Of a stretch of DNA of 64,000 bases, positions 30,787 through 40,378 are shown in pieces (position 1 is the first letter of the stretch; every line of letters starts with the position of its first letter). The position numbers were made by a program, and so were the translations under genes. The stretch is from NCBI RefSeq assembly GCF_002087085.1, contig NZ_MWQY01000001.1:124001-188000 (forward strand), written 5' to 3'. The notes beneath the pieces are model-generated. The model did no database searches, was not told where the DNA came from, and saw only the letters and a list, made by a program, of their open reading frames with translations.

Positions 30787-30788
30787 TC

Positions 30789-31334
30789 CTATTTTTCTTC
30801 TTCCGATGATGTTTCGATCAGTTCAAAACCGAAATCTACCATAAAAGAGTCTTCGTACATATTCAAGCGGACTTTCGCCCTTCGTTTTCGTCTGTCCACT
30901 TTGATAATTCTGCCTTCAAGGCCTTTCAGGGGGCCTTCCTTGACCTGTATCCGGTTGTTCTCATCAAAGCGTACCTTTGACGCCGCAACCGTTTCCCCGT
31001 GCTCGAGAAAATGGAGGAGTGTCCGGCGGTCTTCCCCGTGGAGGGGTTCGATGTTGGTGTTCGACTTGAGAAACTTGTAAATCCCCTGAACGGGCCGCAG
31101 GGCCCAGTAGACCTCCGGTTCCAGCTTCTCAGCTTCAATGAAGAGATATCCCGGGTAGATTGCGGTGGTTTCCTTCCGCGTTTTTCCCCGCCGTCGGATC
31201 ATAAGGGTTCGCTGAGGGAAAAGCAGACGTCCATAGTTCTCTTCATCCAGTCCCGCCACGCGCATCGCCGCCCGGGCAAGTTTGAGGGCCCTGGCTTCTC
31301 CCCGGGTTTGAACCTGCAGTACAAAATACTCCAT
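30789..31334 (-). CDS. NusG-paralogue antiterminator (LoaP-like)
   Basis: YFVLQVQTRGE, IYPGYLFIE (NGN domain); GPLKGLEGRIIKVDRRKRRAKVRL (KOW domain with LoaP-like basic motif). Confidence 0.85.
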   Translation of the reverse strand: MEYFVLQVQTRGEARALKLARAAMRVAGLDEENYGRLLFPQRTLMIRRRGKTRKETTAIYPGYLFIEAEKLEPEVYWALRPVQGIYKFLKSNTNIEPLHGEDRRTLLHFLEHGETVAASKVRFDENNRIQVKEGPLKGLEGRIIKVDRRKRRAKVRLNMYEDSFMVDFGFELIETSSEEEK

Positions 31335-31415
31335 TGATGATGGGCACATTACCACGGATATGGAAAAGCGATCAAGTCGGAAAAAAAGCAGTCGATACTA
31401 GAACCGGAGGTATCC

Positions 31416-31946
31416 ATGGTTCGTCGTTTGCCAGGCATCGTGTTAGTTCTTGTCTTCTGCGGGGCTGCTCTTTACAGTGATGCGGTTCTTATTTTCACCA
31501 CCAATTCCCTGGATCCTGAACGTCTGTCGGTGATGGAACTGCAGTCGGCCGTGGAGGACGGAGCAATGGCGGCGCTCTTCGACGCAGGACACATTGTGTT
31601 CAATGCCGGAGTGGTTGCCGGGAATCCCAGGTTGAAGGGGCCTTCCGACAGACTCTCCATGAGGATGGCAAAAAGCGGCGGAGCCCTCTTTTTACTGGAG
31701 ATCGATCTGCTTTACGAAGAGCCTGAAACAGACGAGGAACAACTGAATGCCCCTTCGGCGCAGTATCGTCTTTATGATGTTATGCAGGATACGCTGCTGA
31801 CCCAGGGGAGCCTTTCCCCCGGGGATGTCAGGAACCGTGAGGATGCCGGTCCGGAAGAACTCAGTACAGCCCTTGGCAGTGCCATCGCCGATCATGCGGT
31901 TTCGATGCTGCGGCGTCAGGGAAACGGGGAGGCCGGCGATGTATGA
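31416..31946 (+). CDS. Hypothetical secreted protein
   Basis: GGAGG SD, N-terminal hydrophobic signal. Confidence 0.7.
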   Translation: MVRRLPGIVLVLVFCGAALYSDAVLIFTTNSLDPERLSVMELQSAVEDGAMAALFDAGHIVFNAGVVAGNPRLKGPSDRLSMRMAKSGGALFLLEIDLLYEEPETDEEQLNAPSAQYRLYDVMQDTLLTQGSLSPGDVRNREDAGPEELSTALGSAIADHAVSMLRRQGNGEAGDV

Positions 31947-31961
31947 TGAGGAGACAAATGT

Positions 31962-33329
31962 ATGATCAGGACGACAGCTAAAGTTCTTATATTCAGCATA
32001 TTATTCTCTCTGATTTCCTTTTCCCTTTTTTCTCAGTCCGAATGGGAGGGTACCACCGCCATGGGACGCTATGGGGAGTTTCCTTCCTCGGGGCTCTACG
32101 GGGCCTCCAATTCCTTTCCCCGGAATACCCTGGTGGAGGTGGAGAACCTGGAGACAGGTATGTCCGCCACCGTTCTCATTGTCGATCGTCTGGATGATCC
32201 GGGGCTGTTTCTGCTTCTTTCCCGGGAGGCTGCCGAGAATCTCGGCATCGAGGATGACCAGATCGTCCGGTCCCGGGTACAACTGGCGGATAACTCACGG
32301 CGTCTTTCCATAGAGGACAAGGACCGTCCCTATCATCCCGACCCGGATATCAACCCCGGTGCGGAGGATGAGCTCTCCTTCCTGGACCGCTACGCGGCTA
32401 CAGAGGCTGCACCCGGGACAGCGCCTGTTCCCCCGGCAGCCCTGGCTGTTGTTCCGCCGGAACCGGAAGAGACCGGGGATACAGAAGAGTCCCCGGCCCG
32501 ACCTGAACCCGAAGCAGCAGCTGAAGCGCCTCCGGCGGTGGTGGCGGACATCGCAGTGGAGCCGGAGCCTGAACCTGAGGCCCCTGAATTGACCGAAACT
32601 GCCGAACTGGACGAAGGACCTCGTGTTGAAGAGCTCGTGGCCACCGCCCCGGAAGAGGATGTCCCGGATCTTCCCCTGGCCGAACCGGAGCTGAAGGACC
32701 AGGCAGTCGCAATGGGAATAACGGACAACCTCTACGGTGCGGCTCCCGGCGAGGAGGAACTCGCACTGGGCGAGCTCCCGGTACCTTCCGAGGCTGCTGA
32801 ACGGGAAGCCGCCATTGCCGAGCAGTTTCCCCTGCCTCAGCCCCCCTACAACGGAGAAGAGGAGAGCTTCGTTGCCGCCGTTCCACGGCTGATCGAGGAA
32901 CCCCGGCTGGAAGCTGAAGAGGAGCCCGCGGAAGAAGAGATGGCCGCCGCACCTGCGGAGGAGCCTCAGGGCGAGACCGTGGTGGTGCTGGAACCCGCGG
33001 AAGCCCGGCCGCCTGAACCCTCTGAAGGGGAGGAGTCGAAGGCCTTGGTCCAGGCTGAAAAGGAAGAGGTCGAAACCCTGGATGTGCCCACGGCTCTTCA
33101 GGTTGAACCCGACTCCCTCTATCTTCAGCTGGGGGTCTACACCTCGCCGGTAAGCGCCGAATCCACGGCGGCACGTTTTAAAGGTACCTATCCGGTGCTG
33201 GTATTGAATCAGGATAACGCCTATTATAAGGTTCTGGTCGGTCCCTTATCGCCGGATGAAAGCGGAGCCCTCCTGATGAACTTCAGGGCCAGGGGGTTTC
33301 GGGACGCCTTTATCCGCAAAGGGTACTGA
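31962..33329 (+). CDS. SPOR domain protein with RlpA-like N-domain and acidic Pro/Glu linker
   Basis: Signal peptide; GASNSFPRNTLVEVENLETG...LLSREAA (DPBB-like); C-terminal YLQLGVY...YKVLVGP...GFRDAFI. Confidence 0.82.
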   Translation: MIRTTAKVLIFSILFSLISFSLFSQSEWEGTTAMGRYGEFPSSGLYGASNSFPRNTLVEVENLETGMSATVLIVDRLDDPGLFLLLSREAAENLGIEDDQIVRSRVQLADNSRRLSIEDKDRPYHPDPDINPGAEDELSFLDRYAATEAAPGTAPVPPAALAVVPPEPEETGDTEESPARPEPEAAAEAPPAVVADIAVEPEPEPEAPELTETAELDEGPRVEELVATAPEEDVPDLPLAEPELKDQAVAMGITDNLYGAAPGEEELALGELPVPSEAAEREAAIAEQFPLPQPPYNGEEESFVAAVPRLIEEPRLEAEEEPAEEEMAAAPAEEPQGETVVVLEPAEARPPEPSEGEESKALVQAEKEEVETLDVPTALQVEPDSLYLQLGVYTSPVSAESTAARFKGTYPVLVLNQDNAYYKVLVGPLSPDESGALLMNFRARGFRDAFIRKGY

Positions 33330-33358
33330 CAGAATAAACCGGAGAACAAGAGAGACTG

Positions 33359-35425
33359 ATGCCGGACCCGAAACAGGAAATAGACTCGTTATCGGAAAAG
33401 CTGCTTGCATGGCAGCACGAATATTACCAGCTGGCCCGGCCCTCGGTCTCCGATACCGAGTACGACCGGGTTTTTGATCGTCTTCAGGAGCTCGAAAAGA
33501 AGCATCCCGAACTCAAAAAGCCGGATTCTCCCACCCTCAGGGTGGGAAGCGATCTTTCCGCAGAACTCCCGGAGGTCGAGCATACCATTCCCGTCCTGAG
33601 TCTCGACAAGGCCTACAGCGCTGCGGAGGTGGATGCCTGGGTAGCCAAGACCGCGAAAAATGCCGAGGAAGAGCTCTCCTTCGTCGTGGAGGAGAAGATC
33701 GACGGGGCCTCCATCGTTCTTTATTACGAGAACGGGGTCCTGGCCAGGGGAGTTACCCGGGGTAACGGCCGGGTGGGCAACGATGTAAGCGCCAATATCC
33801 GCACAATCCGCTCGGTACCTCTGCGGCTTTCGCAGCCCGTCTCCATCGCCGTCCGGGGAGAGGTTTTTCTGCCCCTGGACCGTTTTGACGAGATCAACGC
33901 CGAGCAGGAGGTTCCCTTCGCGAATCCCCGCAACCTGGCGGCGGGCACCCTGCGGCGCAAGAAGAGCAGCGAGGTTGCCCGGGTGCCCCTGGAAATCTTC
34001 GTCTACGAAGGCTATATGTCCGGCAGCGAAGAAGAGCCCTTCGATCAGCACCACCTTGTCCTGGATTACCTGCTGAGCCTCGGTTTCAAGGTCAATCCCC
34101 GGCTGGGGATTTTCGGGTCCGCCTGTGAAGGCCCGGTTTTCCGTACCGGCAGCGGACTTGAGTTCTCTTCAGGACCCCTTGAAGCAGTGGGCCCTTTCCT
34201 GGAACGCATGAACCGGGGGCGGAGCGGTCTTGGCTATGAAATCGACGGTCTGGTGATCAAGGTGAACGAGCTTGCCCCCCGGGAGCGTCTCGGCTATACC
34301 GGTCACCATCCCCGCTGGGCCATCGCCTACAAGTTCGAGTCCCCCCAGGCTGTAAGCACCGTGGAAAGCATCGATGTCCAGGTCGGCCGTACCGGGAGAA
34401 TTACCCCGGTGGCCAGAATAAAGCCGGTCAGAATCGGAGGATCCACGGTCTCCAACGTTACCCTGCACAATCAGCAGTACATCGAAGCCCTTGAGCTGTC
34501 CGCGGGAGACCAGGTGGCGGTTTCCAAACGGGGAGACGTTATTCCCGCGGTGGAGAAGGTGATAGAAAAGGGTGAATCCTCCGCCCCCGTATGGGCGATG
34601 CCCGAAACCTGTCCCTCCTGCGGGGAGGACTTGAGTCTCCGGGGGGCCCACCACTTCTGTACCAACCGGCGCTGCCCCGACCAGGTACGGGGAAGGATCA
34701 ACTTCTTTATTGCCCGGGACCAGATGGACATCGACGGGCTGGGGCCGGAAACCGCCGCCGTTCTGATGGACGAGGGCCTTGTCGCCGGGATCGAGGATCT
34801 CTACACCTTCGAAACCGAAAAGCTGAACGGGCTTCCCGGTTTCGGCGAGAAAAAGATCGACCTTATACGCCGGGGAATTGAAGAGAGTAAAAAGCGCCCG
34901 TTCAGGATCGTTCTCCCCAGCCTGGGGATTCCGGACCTGGGGCAGAAGGCCGCGGAGCTGCTGATAGAGGCAGGCTTTCGGGATATCGACTCCCTCCTCG
35001 AGGCTGCGGATAACAGGCAGGAGGAAAGACTGGCGGAAATTCACGGCATCGGCGAAAAAACGGCGGCCTCGATTCTCGAGAGTCTCCGGGACCCGGAAAT
35101 CCGGGGACAGATCGATGCCCTCCGCAGAGCAGGACTGAATTTCCGTGAAGAAGAAACGGAAACCCATCGGCAGCTGCCCCGGATCTTCGAAGGCCAGGTC
35201 TGGTGCGTTACCGGGAGCTTTGAAAACTTCAAACCTCGTTCAAAGGCCATGGAAGAGGTCAAACTCAGGGGAGGCCGGGCTGTGGGTTCCATTACGGGCT
35301 CTGTAAGCCATCTTCTTGCCGGGGAGGGTGCCGGAAGCAAGCTGAAGAAGGCCCGGGAGCTGGGAATCCGGATTGTCGACGAGGATGAGTTCCTGAAACT
35401 CCTGGGACCGGAGAGGGAATCCTGA
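33359..35425 (+). CDS. ligA: NAD-dependent DNA ligase
   Basis: EEKIDG, TRGNG, NPRNLAAG, PRWAIAYKF, zinc finger, BRCT domain. Confidence 0.97.
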   Translation: MPDPKQEIDSLSEKLLAWQHEYYQLARPSVSDTEYDRVFDRLQELEKKHPELKKPDSPTLRVGSDLSAELPEVEHTIPVLSLDKAYSAAEVDAWVAKTAKNAEEELSFVVEEKIDGASIVLYYENGVLARGVTRGNGRVGNDVSANIRTIRSVPLRLSQPVSIAVRGEVFLPLDRFDEINAEQEVPFANPRNLAAGTLRRKKSSEVARVPLEIFVYEGYMSGSEEEPFDQHHLVLDYLLSLGFKVNPRLGIFGSACEGPVFRTGSGLEFSSGPLEAVGPFLERMNRGRSGLGYEIDGLVIKVNELAPRERLGYTGHHPRWAIAYKFESPQAVSTVESIDVQVGRTGRITPVARIKPVRIGGSTVSNVTLHNQQYIEALELSAGDQVAVSKRGDVIPAVEKVIEKGESSAPVWAMPETCPSCGEDLSLRGAHHFCTNRRCPDQVRGRINFFIARDQMDIDGLGPETAAVLMDEGLVAGIEDLYTFETEKLNGLPGFGEKKIDLIRRGIEESKKRPFRIVLPSLGIPDLGQKAAELLIEAGFRDIDSLLEAADNRQEERLAEIHGIGEKTAASILESLRDPEIRGQIDALRRAGLNFREEETETHRQLPRIFEGQVWCVTGSFENFKPRSKAMEEVKLRGGRAVGSITGSVSHLLAGEGAGSKLKKARELGIRIVDEDEFLKLLGPERES

Positions 35426-36177
35426 TGGCCCTCTCCTTTGCAGAGCGGGAAAATCTCAAAACCCTTCTTGAAGCCGAAGGATACGGAGTGATTCCCAACG
35501 ACCGGTTCAGGATCGATATGGAGGAATCCTTCAGGCAGCTCTGGAAACGGGTGGAGTCCTTTACCATGACCGGCATGGAACGGGGATACGGCCTCTACCA
35601 GGCGGTACGGTATCTTGAGGAGCGGAATATCCCCGGGGATTTCGTGGAGTGCGGCGTCTGGAAGGGGGGCAGCTGCATGCTCATGATGGGGGCCCTGCAG
35701 GAGCTCGGAGCTGCAGCAAGGACCATCAGGCTCTACGATACCTTTACCGGAATGCCGGAACCGGGGGATGAGGACATCATCGCCTGGAACCGGCGGCCGG
35801 TAAAAGAGAAATGGCAGAGCCACGCCCTCGATTCCTGGGCCGTGGGGCTGGACGAGGTCCGGGCGAATCTTGGCCTGATGAATTACCCGGCGGAAAAGAT
35901 ACTCACCATTCCCGGGGACGTGGCGGAGACCCTGGCTGCCGACCGGCCCGAAGGGATCGCCCTGCTGCGCCTTGATACCGACTGGTACGCCTCCACCCTG
36001 CTGGAACTGGAGCTTCTGTACCCCCTGCTTTCCCCCGGGGGGGTGCTGATTATCGACGACTACGGCCACTTTGAAGGGGCCCGCAGGGCGGTGGACGAGT
36101 ACTTTTCCCGTCCTGAGGTTCCGGGGATTCTGCTCTCCCGGCTGGATTATACCGGCCGTATGGGGATAAAGCATTAA
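35425..36177 (+). CDS. TylF/MycF/NovP-family O-methyltransferase
   Basis: PGDFVECGVWKGGS, YDTFTGMP, LRLDTDWYAST, IIDDYG. Confidence 0.92.
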   Translation: MALSFAERENLKTLLEAEGYGVIPNDRFRIDMEESFRQLWKRVESFTMTGMERGYGLYQAVRYLEERNIPGDFVECGVWKGGSCMLMMGALQELGAAARTIRLYDTFTGMPEPGDEDIIAWNRRPVKEKWQSHALDSWAVGLDEVRANLGLMNYPAEKILTIPGDVAETLAADRPEGIALLRLDTDWYASTLLELELLYPLLSPGGVLIIDDYGHFEGARRAVDEYFSRPEVPGILLSRLDYTGRMGIKH

Positions 36178-36281
36178 GCCCCTTGACGATCCCCCGCTTT
36201 TTCAGGATTTTATACACGGGCACATATAGTACAGGTGCCCATACAGTATATTTTTGACAACAGAATAAGGAGACCTCACAG

Positions 36282-36979
36282 ATGACTCGTGAACAAATAC
36301 TTCAGAACGCCCAGGTGCGGGAGCAGAGCATCCTGCGCAATGTCTATGTCTGGATGACCCTTGGTCTTGGGCTTACCGGGGTTATCAGCCTCGGTATGGC
36401 CTCCAATCCAAACCTGGTCATGTCCCTGGTCCGCAATCCCCTCCTGTTTTACGGGGCAATAATTGGGGAGCTGGTCCTGGTAATGTTCCTCTCCGCCCGG
36501 CTCATGCAGATGAGCGCCACCGCCGCAACCCTCGGATTCGCCGGATACGCCGCCCTGAACGGTGTTACCCTGTCGGTGATATTCCTCGCCTATACCGGGC
36601 AGAGCATCGCCCAGGCCTTTTCGTGGCAGGCGGTACCTTTGCAGGAATGAGCCTCTGGGCCACCACCACCCGACGGGACCTGTCGTCCATCGGCAACTAC
36701 CTCTTTATGGGGCTTATCGGGCTGATCATCGCCATGGTAGCCAACATGTTCTTCCGCTCCGACAGCTTCTCGCTGCTCATCAGCCTGGTGGGTGTGGCTC
36801 TTTTTCTGGGGCTTACTGCCTACGACACCCAGATGATCAAGAGCTGGAACCGGCAGTTCGGTTCTTCCATCGACGAGGCGGGCTATATAAAGCTCTCCAT
36901 TATGGGAGCCCTGAAGCTCTACCTCGATTTTATCAATCTCTTTCTCTTTTTCCTGCGCATCTTCGGCCGCAGGGACTGA
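36282..36979 (+). pseudogene. Bax inhibitor-1/YccA family membrane protein, frameshifted (possibly a sequencing error)
   Basis: ORFs 36282-36650 and 36623-36979 are the two halves (VYVWMTLGL; TAYDTQ, ALKLYLDFINLF). One extra T at 36618-36621 restores AQAFFVAGGTF. Confidence 0.85.
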
Positions 36980-36983
36980 CCCT

Positions 36984-37733
36984 TCAGCAGCCGTCGCGGC
37001 TGCTGTGGCTTAAGGGGTGCCGCAGAACCCGTGCCCGTATCCGGCTGTCGTCGCAGGGCACGAGTTCCGGCAGCTCTCCGGCCATGGCGACGGAGTCATC
37101 GATCAGTATAAGTACTCCCCGTACCCCCGGAAGCCCTGCGATACGTTCCGCGGCTTCCCGTGCACTCGCCGGGTCTCTGCTCAGGTTTCCCGCCAGGGTA
37201 GCTGCGGCATCCGCCAGGGATGCGTCCCCGGCTGATACGGTGGCCAGGCTGCAGTTTCCCAGGGAGAGGGAGTGTCCCATTTTTGAGGATGATGAGCAGA
37301 GGGCAAGGGGAGTCTCTTCCGGAGAAATCTTGAAGGCCACCCTCCCGGAGAGGGCGCTTTCCCCTCCGTACAGGCCGATATAGGCCTCCTCCCGTACATG
37401 CAGAAAGATATCCCCGCCGTTGTTGATTATCGTATCCCGGCAGCCTTCAGTTCTGGCGGCTTCGGCGGCCATCTGGGCCACCGTACCGGCTACCGCGGCC
37501 ATGGGGCCGACGCCGACCAGGAGGGAGGCTTTGTGCATGCGCCGTACCGCCTCCGGGGGCTCCCCGGGCAGCTCTTCCAGGGGGGCCATGGCCCGCAGAA
37601 AATCCGGAAACGCATCGATATAGGCGGCCAACTCCCGGCGGATTCCTTTAACCGCGGCTTTAACGATATCGAAACGTTCAGTTGCCACTATAAAGGCCGC
37701 CTCCCGGTGGCGGAACTCGATAAACTCGTGCAT
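36984..37733 (-). CDS. UPF0280/COG2122 ApbE-like protein
   Basis: VGVGPMAAVAG, NNGGDIF, CSSS..MGHSLSLG, ADAAAT. Start reassigned to ATG 37733, coupled to the upstream stop. Confidence 0.88.
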   Translation of the reverse strand: MHEFIEFRHREAAFIVATERFDIVKAAVKGIRRELAAYIDAFPDFLRAMAPLEELPGEPPEAVRRMHKASLLVGVGPMAAVAGTVAQMAAEAARTEGCRDTIINNGGDIFLHVREEAYIGLYGGESALSGRVAFKISPEETPLALCSSSSKMGHSLSLGNCSLATVSAGDASLADAAATLAGNLSRDPASAREAAERIAGLPGVRGVLILIDDSVAMAGELPELVPCDDSRIRARVLRHPLSHSSRDGC

Positions 37734-38143
37734 CAGATTATGGAGGAACAGGCTCCGTAGGGGCAGTTCTCGATGCAGCTCAGGCATTCAACGCATTTTG
37801 AATCATCGAAAACCACCTCCCGGCCCGGCTCGCCGTTGAAATGGAGGGCCCCGGTGGGACAGTGGGGAATGCAGTTTCCGCAGGAGACGCAGAGGGATTC
37901 ATCCCAGCGGAGGCCCTTCTGGTGTTCCCGGACCTCGATGTTGAGCTCCCGTACCCAGTCGATTCCCCGGGCGATGTCCTCGTCGGAACCGGTCAGGTCC
38001 AGAACAAGGAAGCCCTCTTCGTCGGGGGTCACCTTCGCCCGGAAAATGTTGATGATAAGGTCGTAGTCCTTTACCAGGTGGTAGACGATGGGTTTTTCCG
38101 TCTCGCACCGGGGAAAATAGAGCATCAGGCGCTTGGTTGTCAT
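37733..38143 (-). CDS. NIL domain plus 2x[4Fe-4S] ferredoxin
   Basis: KPIVYHLVKDYDL..NIFRAKVTP; CVSCGNCIPHCP and CVECLSCIENCP. Confidence 0.9.
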   Translation of the reverse strand: MTTKRLMLYFPRCETEKPIVYHLVKDYDLIINIFRAKVTPDEEGFLVLDLTGSDEDIARGIDWVRELNIEVREHQKGLRWDESLCVSCGNCIPHCPTGALHFNGEPGREVVFDDSKCVECLSCIENCPYGACSSII

Positions 38144-39369
38144 CAGCGTACTCCCTGCAGGGCTGCGGGCATTGGGGATGAGCTGCCCGTGGCCGGAAGC
38201 GGGGCAGCCGGGGTGTTGACGGTAAAATCTCCGGCTCTGATCTGGTCGGCCAGAAGGTTCGCCGCCTTCAGGGCCTTTGCATAGGAGGAGAGGCTTCCGG
38301 TCTCAACACTTCGTCCGAAGAGCCGGACCTCTCCCCGGCGCAGATCGGCGTAGCTGACATGGGTCAGAACCTTGCCGGTATTCTTCGGGTAATCCACGGC
38401 ATAGTCGATTACCGGGGCCATGATATCCTCGTCCCGTACGGTACAGCCTTTGAGCACCTCCGGACCGGTGATGGGTATGGGAATGGCCACCCCCAGAGCC
38501 AGGCTGACGCCGTAGCCCCGGATTGAGACCCCCCGCACGAACTCCGGGTCCATCTGCTTGAGATCCCCGGTAAGTCCCAGGGTCCCGGCCCCGTCGACGG
38601 GGACGCCGGTGTCCCCCCTGGGGGCATCCGGACTGTGCTGGGTCCCCGGGGCATAGACGATTCCCGGCGCTCCCGCGAGCCATACCTTGCTTCCGATACC
38701 GATGGAACGGTACCAGGGGTCGTTTAAAAGGGGGCTCAGCTGTCCTGCGGAGGAGTAACCCAGGGAGCCGTAGGCCGGTTTCAGGGCTCCCAGGTAGGTG
38801 TGTATCAGCTTGTCCGAGGAGTTGACCGCCGCGTTGTAGTTCTGGTAACAGTTCCTGGGATTCGTCATGATCGCCTGGTTTATTTCCGCCAGGCTGAACT
38901 CACTGCGAAGCTCCCGTAAAGGGTACTCGTCGGTACCGTAGGAGCGGGCGTAGAGCTGTACCTTTTCTCCCCGGACGAGCTTTTCTATGACATGTCCGCC
39001 GCCGAAGCGAAACTCCCCGGGATAGTAGAGGTTGGCGGGATCGTTGACCTGGAGCTGGGTCGCGCCCAGGTACAGATCCACCGCCGCGATTCCGGAATAG
39101 ACCTCCACATCGTCTATCCAGGCCTGGGTTATGCGGATCTTGGGTTTCGAGTGCCCCAGGTTCATGAATACCCCGGAGGAGCACATGGGACCGAAGGTGG
39201 CAGTGGTAACCACGTCGATCTCCCGGGCCGCCTCCTGGAGGCCCTTCCTTTCCACGTAAGCGATAACCTCTTCGGCGGTCATTACCACGGCCTTGCGGGA
39301 TTCGATCTTTCTGTTGATATCGTCGATGCTTTTCAGCTGATTCTGTCTCTGAGCTTCTGGTTTTTTCAT
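38143..39369 (-). CDS. DUF39 homocysteine biosynthesis protein (aspartate-semialdehyde sulfurtransferase), no CBS domains
   Basis: AVVMTAEE, DVVTTATFGPMCSSG, GGGHVIE, NPRNCYQNY, GQLSPLLNDP. Confidence 0.9.
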   Translation of the reverse strand: MKKPEAQRQNQLKSIDDINRKIESRKAVVMTAEEVIAYVERKGLQEAAREIDVVTTATFGPMCSSGVFMNLGHSKPKIRITQAWIDDVEVYSGIAAVDLYLGATQLQVNDPANLYYPGEFRFGGGHVIEKLVRGEKVQLYARSYGTDEYPLRELRSEFSLAEINQAIMTNPRNCYQNYNAAVNSSDKLIHTYLGALKPAYGSLGYSSAGQLSPLLNDPWYRSIGIGSKVWLAGAPGIVYAPGTQHSPDAPRGDTGVPVDGAGTLGLTGDLKQMDPEFVRGVSIRGYGVSLALGVAIPIPITGPEVLKGCTVRDEDIMAPVIDYAVDYPKNTGKVLTHVSYADLRRGEVRLFGRSVETGSLSSYAKALKAANLLADQIRAGDFTVNTPAAPLPATGSSSPMPAALQGVR

Positions 39370-39380
39370 TTCCTGTCCTT

Positions 39381-40259
39381 TTATCCCCTGTATCGATAAC
39401 CGGGAGCGCCGCTGACACCGGGCTCGAAGGCGAAGATTCCGCCCGCCTCAGGATACTTCCTGAGCCCCTCAGGGTCCATCCCCTGCCGGGCGGTGGTCAC
39501 GAAGAGGGTCGCCCGATCTTTGCCGCCAAAGCAGCAGGAGGTAACATGGGGTGCGGGGATTCCGACCTGTTCGATCATTTCCCCGTTTTCCGGATTCCAC
39601 CTGGCGACGCAGGCTCCCCGGTAAAAGGCAATCCAGAGCATTCCTTCATCGTCGATGGTCATGCCGTCGGGGCTTCCAAGTTCCGGGGGGGTGGAAAAGG
39701 CGATCCGCGGCGAGGATATCTCCCCGTTTTCCATGTTGCAGGAGAAGGCAACCACGCATTTTGTGGGGGTGTCGATATAGAACATCAGCGAGCGCTTCAG
39801 GTCCCAGGCAAGGCCGTTGGAGACAGTAACCCCCTCCACCCTGCGGCTTACAGCCCCTTTCTCGTCGAGACAGTAGAGGGCGGCCGTACCGGTGGTGCGG
39901 CTCAGGGACATGGTTCCGGCCCAGAACCTTCCGGCGGGGTCGCATTTGCCGTCGTTGAAGCGGCTGTCCGGATTGTCCGTCTCGGGAGAGGCGATTTCCT
40001 CAGAGTCGCCGCCTTCGGAGGAGAGGCGGAAGAATCCCTTTTCTCCGGCGGCGATAAAATTGCCCTCCCTGTCGAGGACCGCCGCTCCCACCTTCTGGCC
40101 GGCTGTAACGAGGGTATCCGTACCCGGAGAGGGATCACAGCGATGGATCTCTCCGGCATTGATATTGACCCAGTAGAGATGCTGGTCCTCTTCGTCCCAG
40201 AAGGGTCCCTCCGCAAGCTCCGCCCGGGCGTCGAGAATGGTACGTACTGCGTATTTCAT
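39381..40259 (-). CDS. SMP-30/gluconolactonase family protein
   Basis: LAEGPFW, RFNDGKCDPAGRFWAGTM, SNGLAW, PDGMTID. Start reassigned to MKYAV. Confidence 0.93.
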   Translation of the reverse strand: MKYAVRTILDARAELAEGPFWDEEDQHLYWVNINAGEIHRCDPSPGTDTLVTAGQKVGAAVLDREGNFIAAGEKGFFRLSSEGGDSEEIASPETDNPDSRFNDGKCDPAGRFWAGTMSLSRTTGTAALYCLDEKGAVSRRVEGVTVSNGLAWDLKRSLMFYIDTPTKCVVAFSCNMENGEISSPRIAFSTPPELGSPDGMTIDDEGMLWIAFYRGACVARWNPENGEMIEQVGIPAPHVTSCCFGGKDRATLFVTTARQGMDPEGLRKYPEAGGIFAFEPGVSGAPGYRYRG

Positions 40260-40378
40260 CCCTCTATGGTAGAAACTTGCAGGCGTCTTGTCAAAGACTT
40301 TATTGGTGTTCCGGTTCCCTGGAACGGACACGGTCAGCCTTGTCCCGGTCCGGCAGGAACAGTACTATAGAGCACAGC

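Noticed and set aside
29227..31080. 617-aa plus-strand ORF
   Set aside because: Antisense to the dehydratase and LoaP-like genes; no domain signature.
32390..33070. Repeat-like sequence in the SPOR gene
   Set aside because: Low-complexity Glu/Pro/Ala linker codons, not a DNA tandem repeat or CRISPR array.
36218..36240. CIRCE (HrcA) element
   Set aside because: GCAC-N11-GTGC spacing and flanks do not match TTAGCACTC-N9-GAGTGCTAA.
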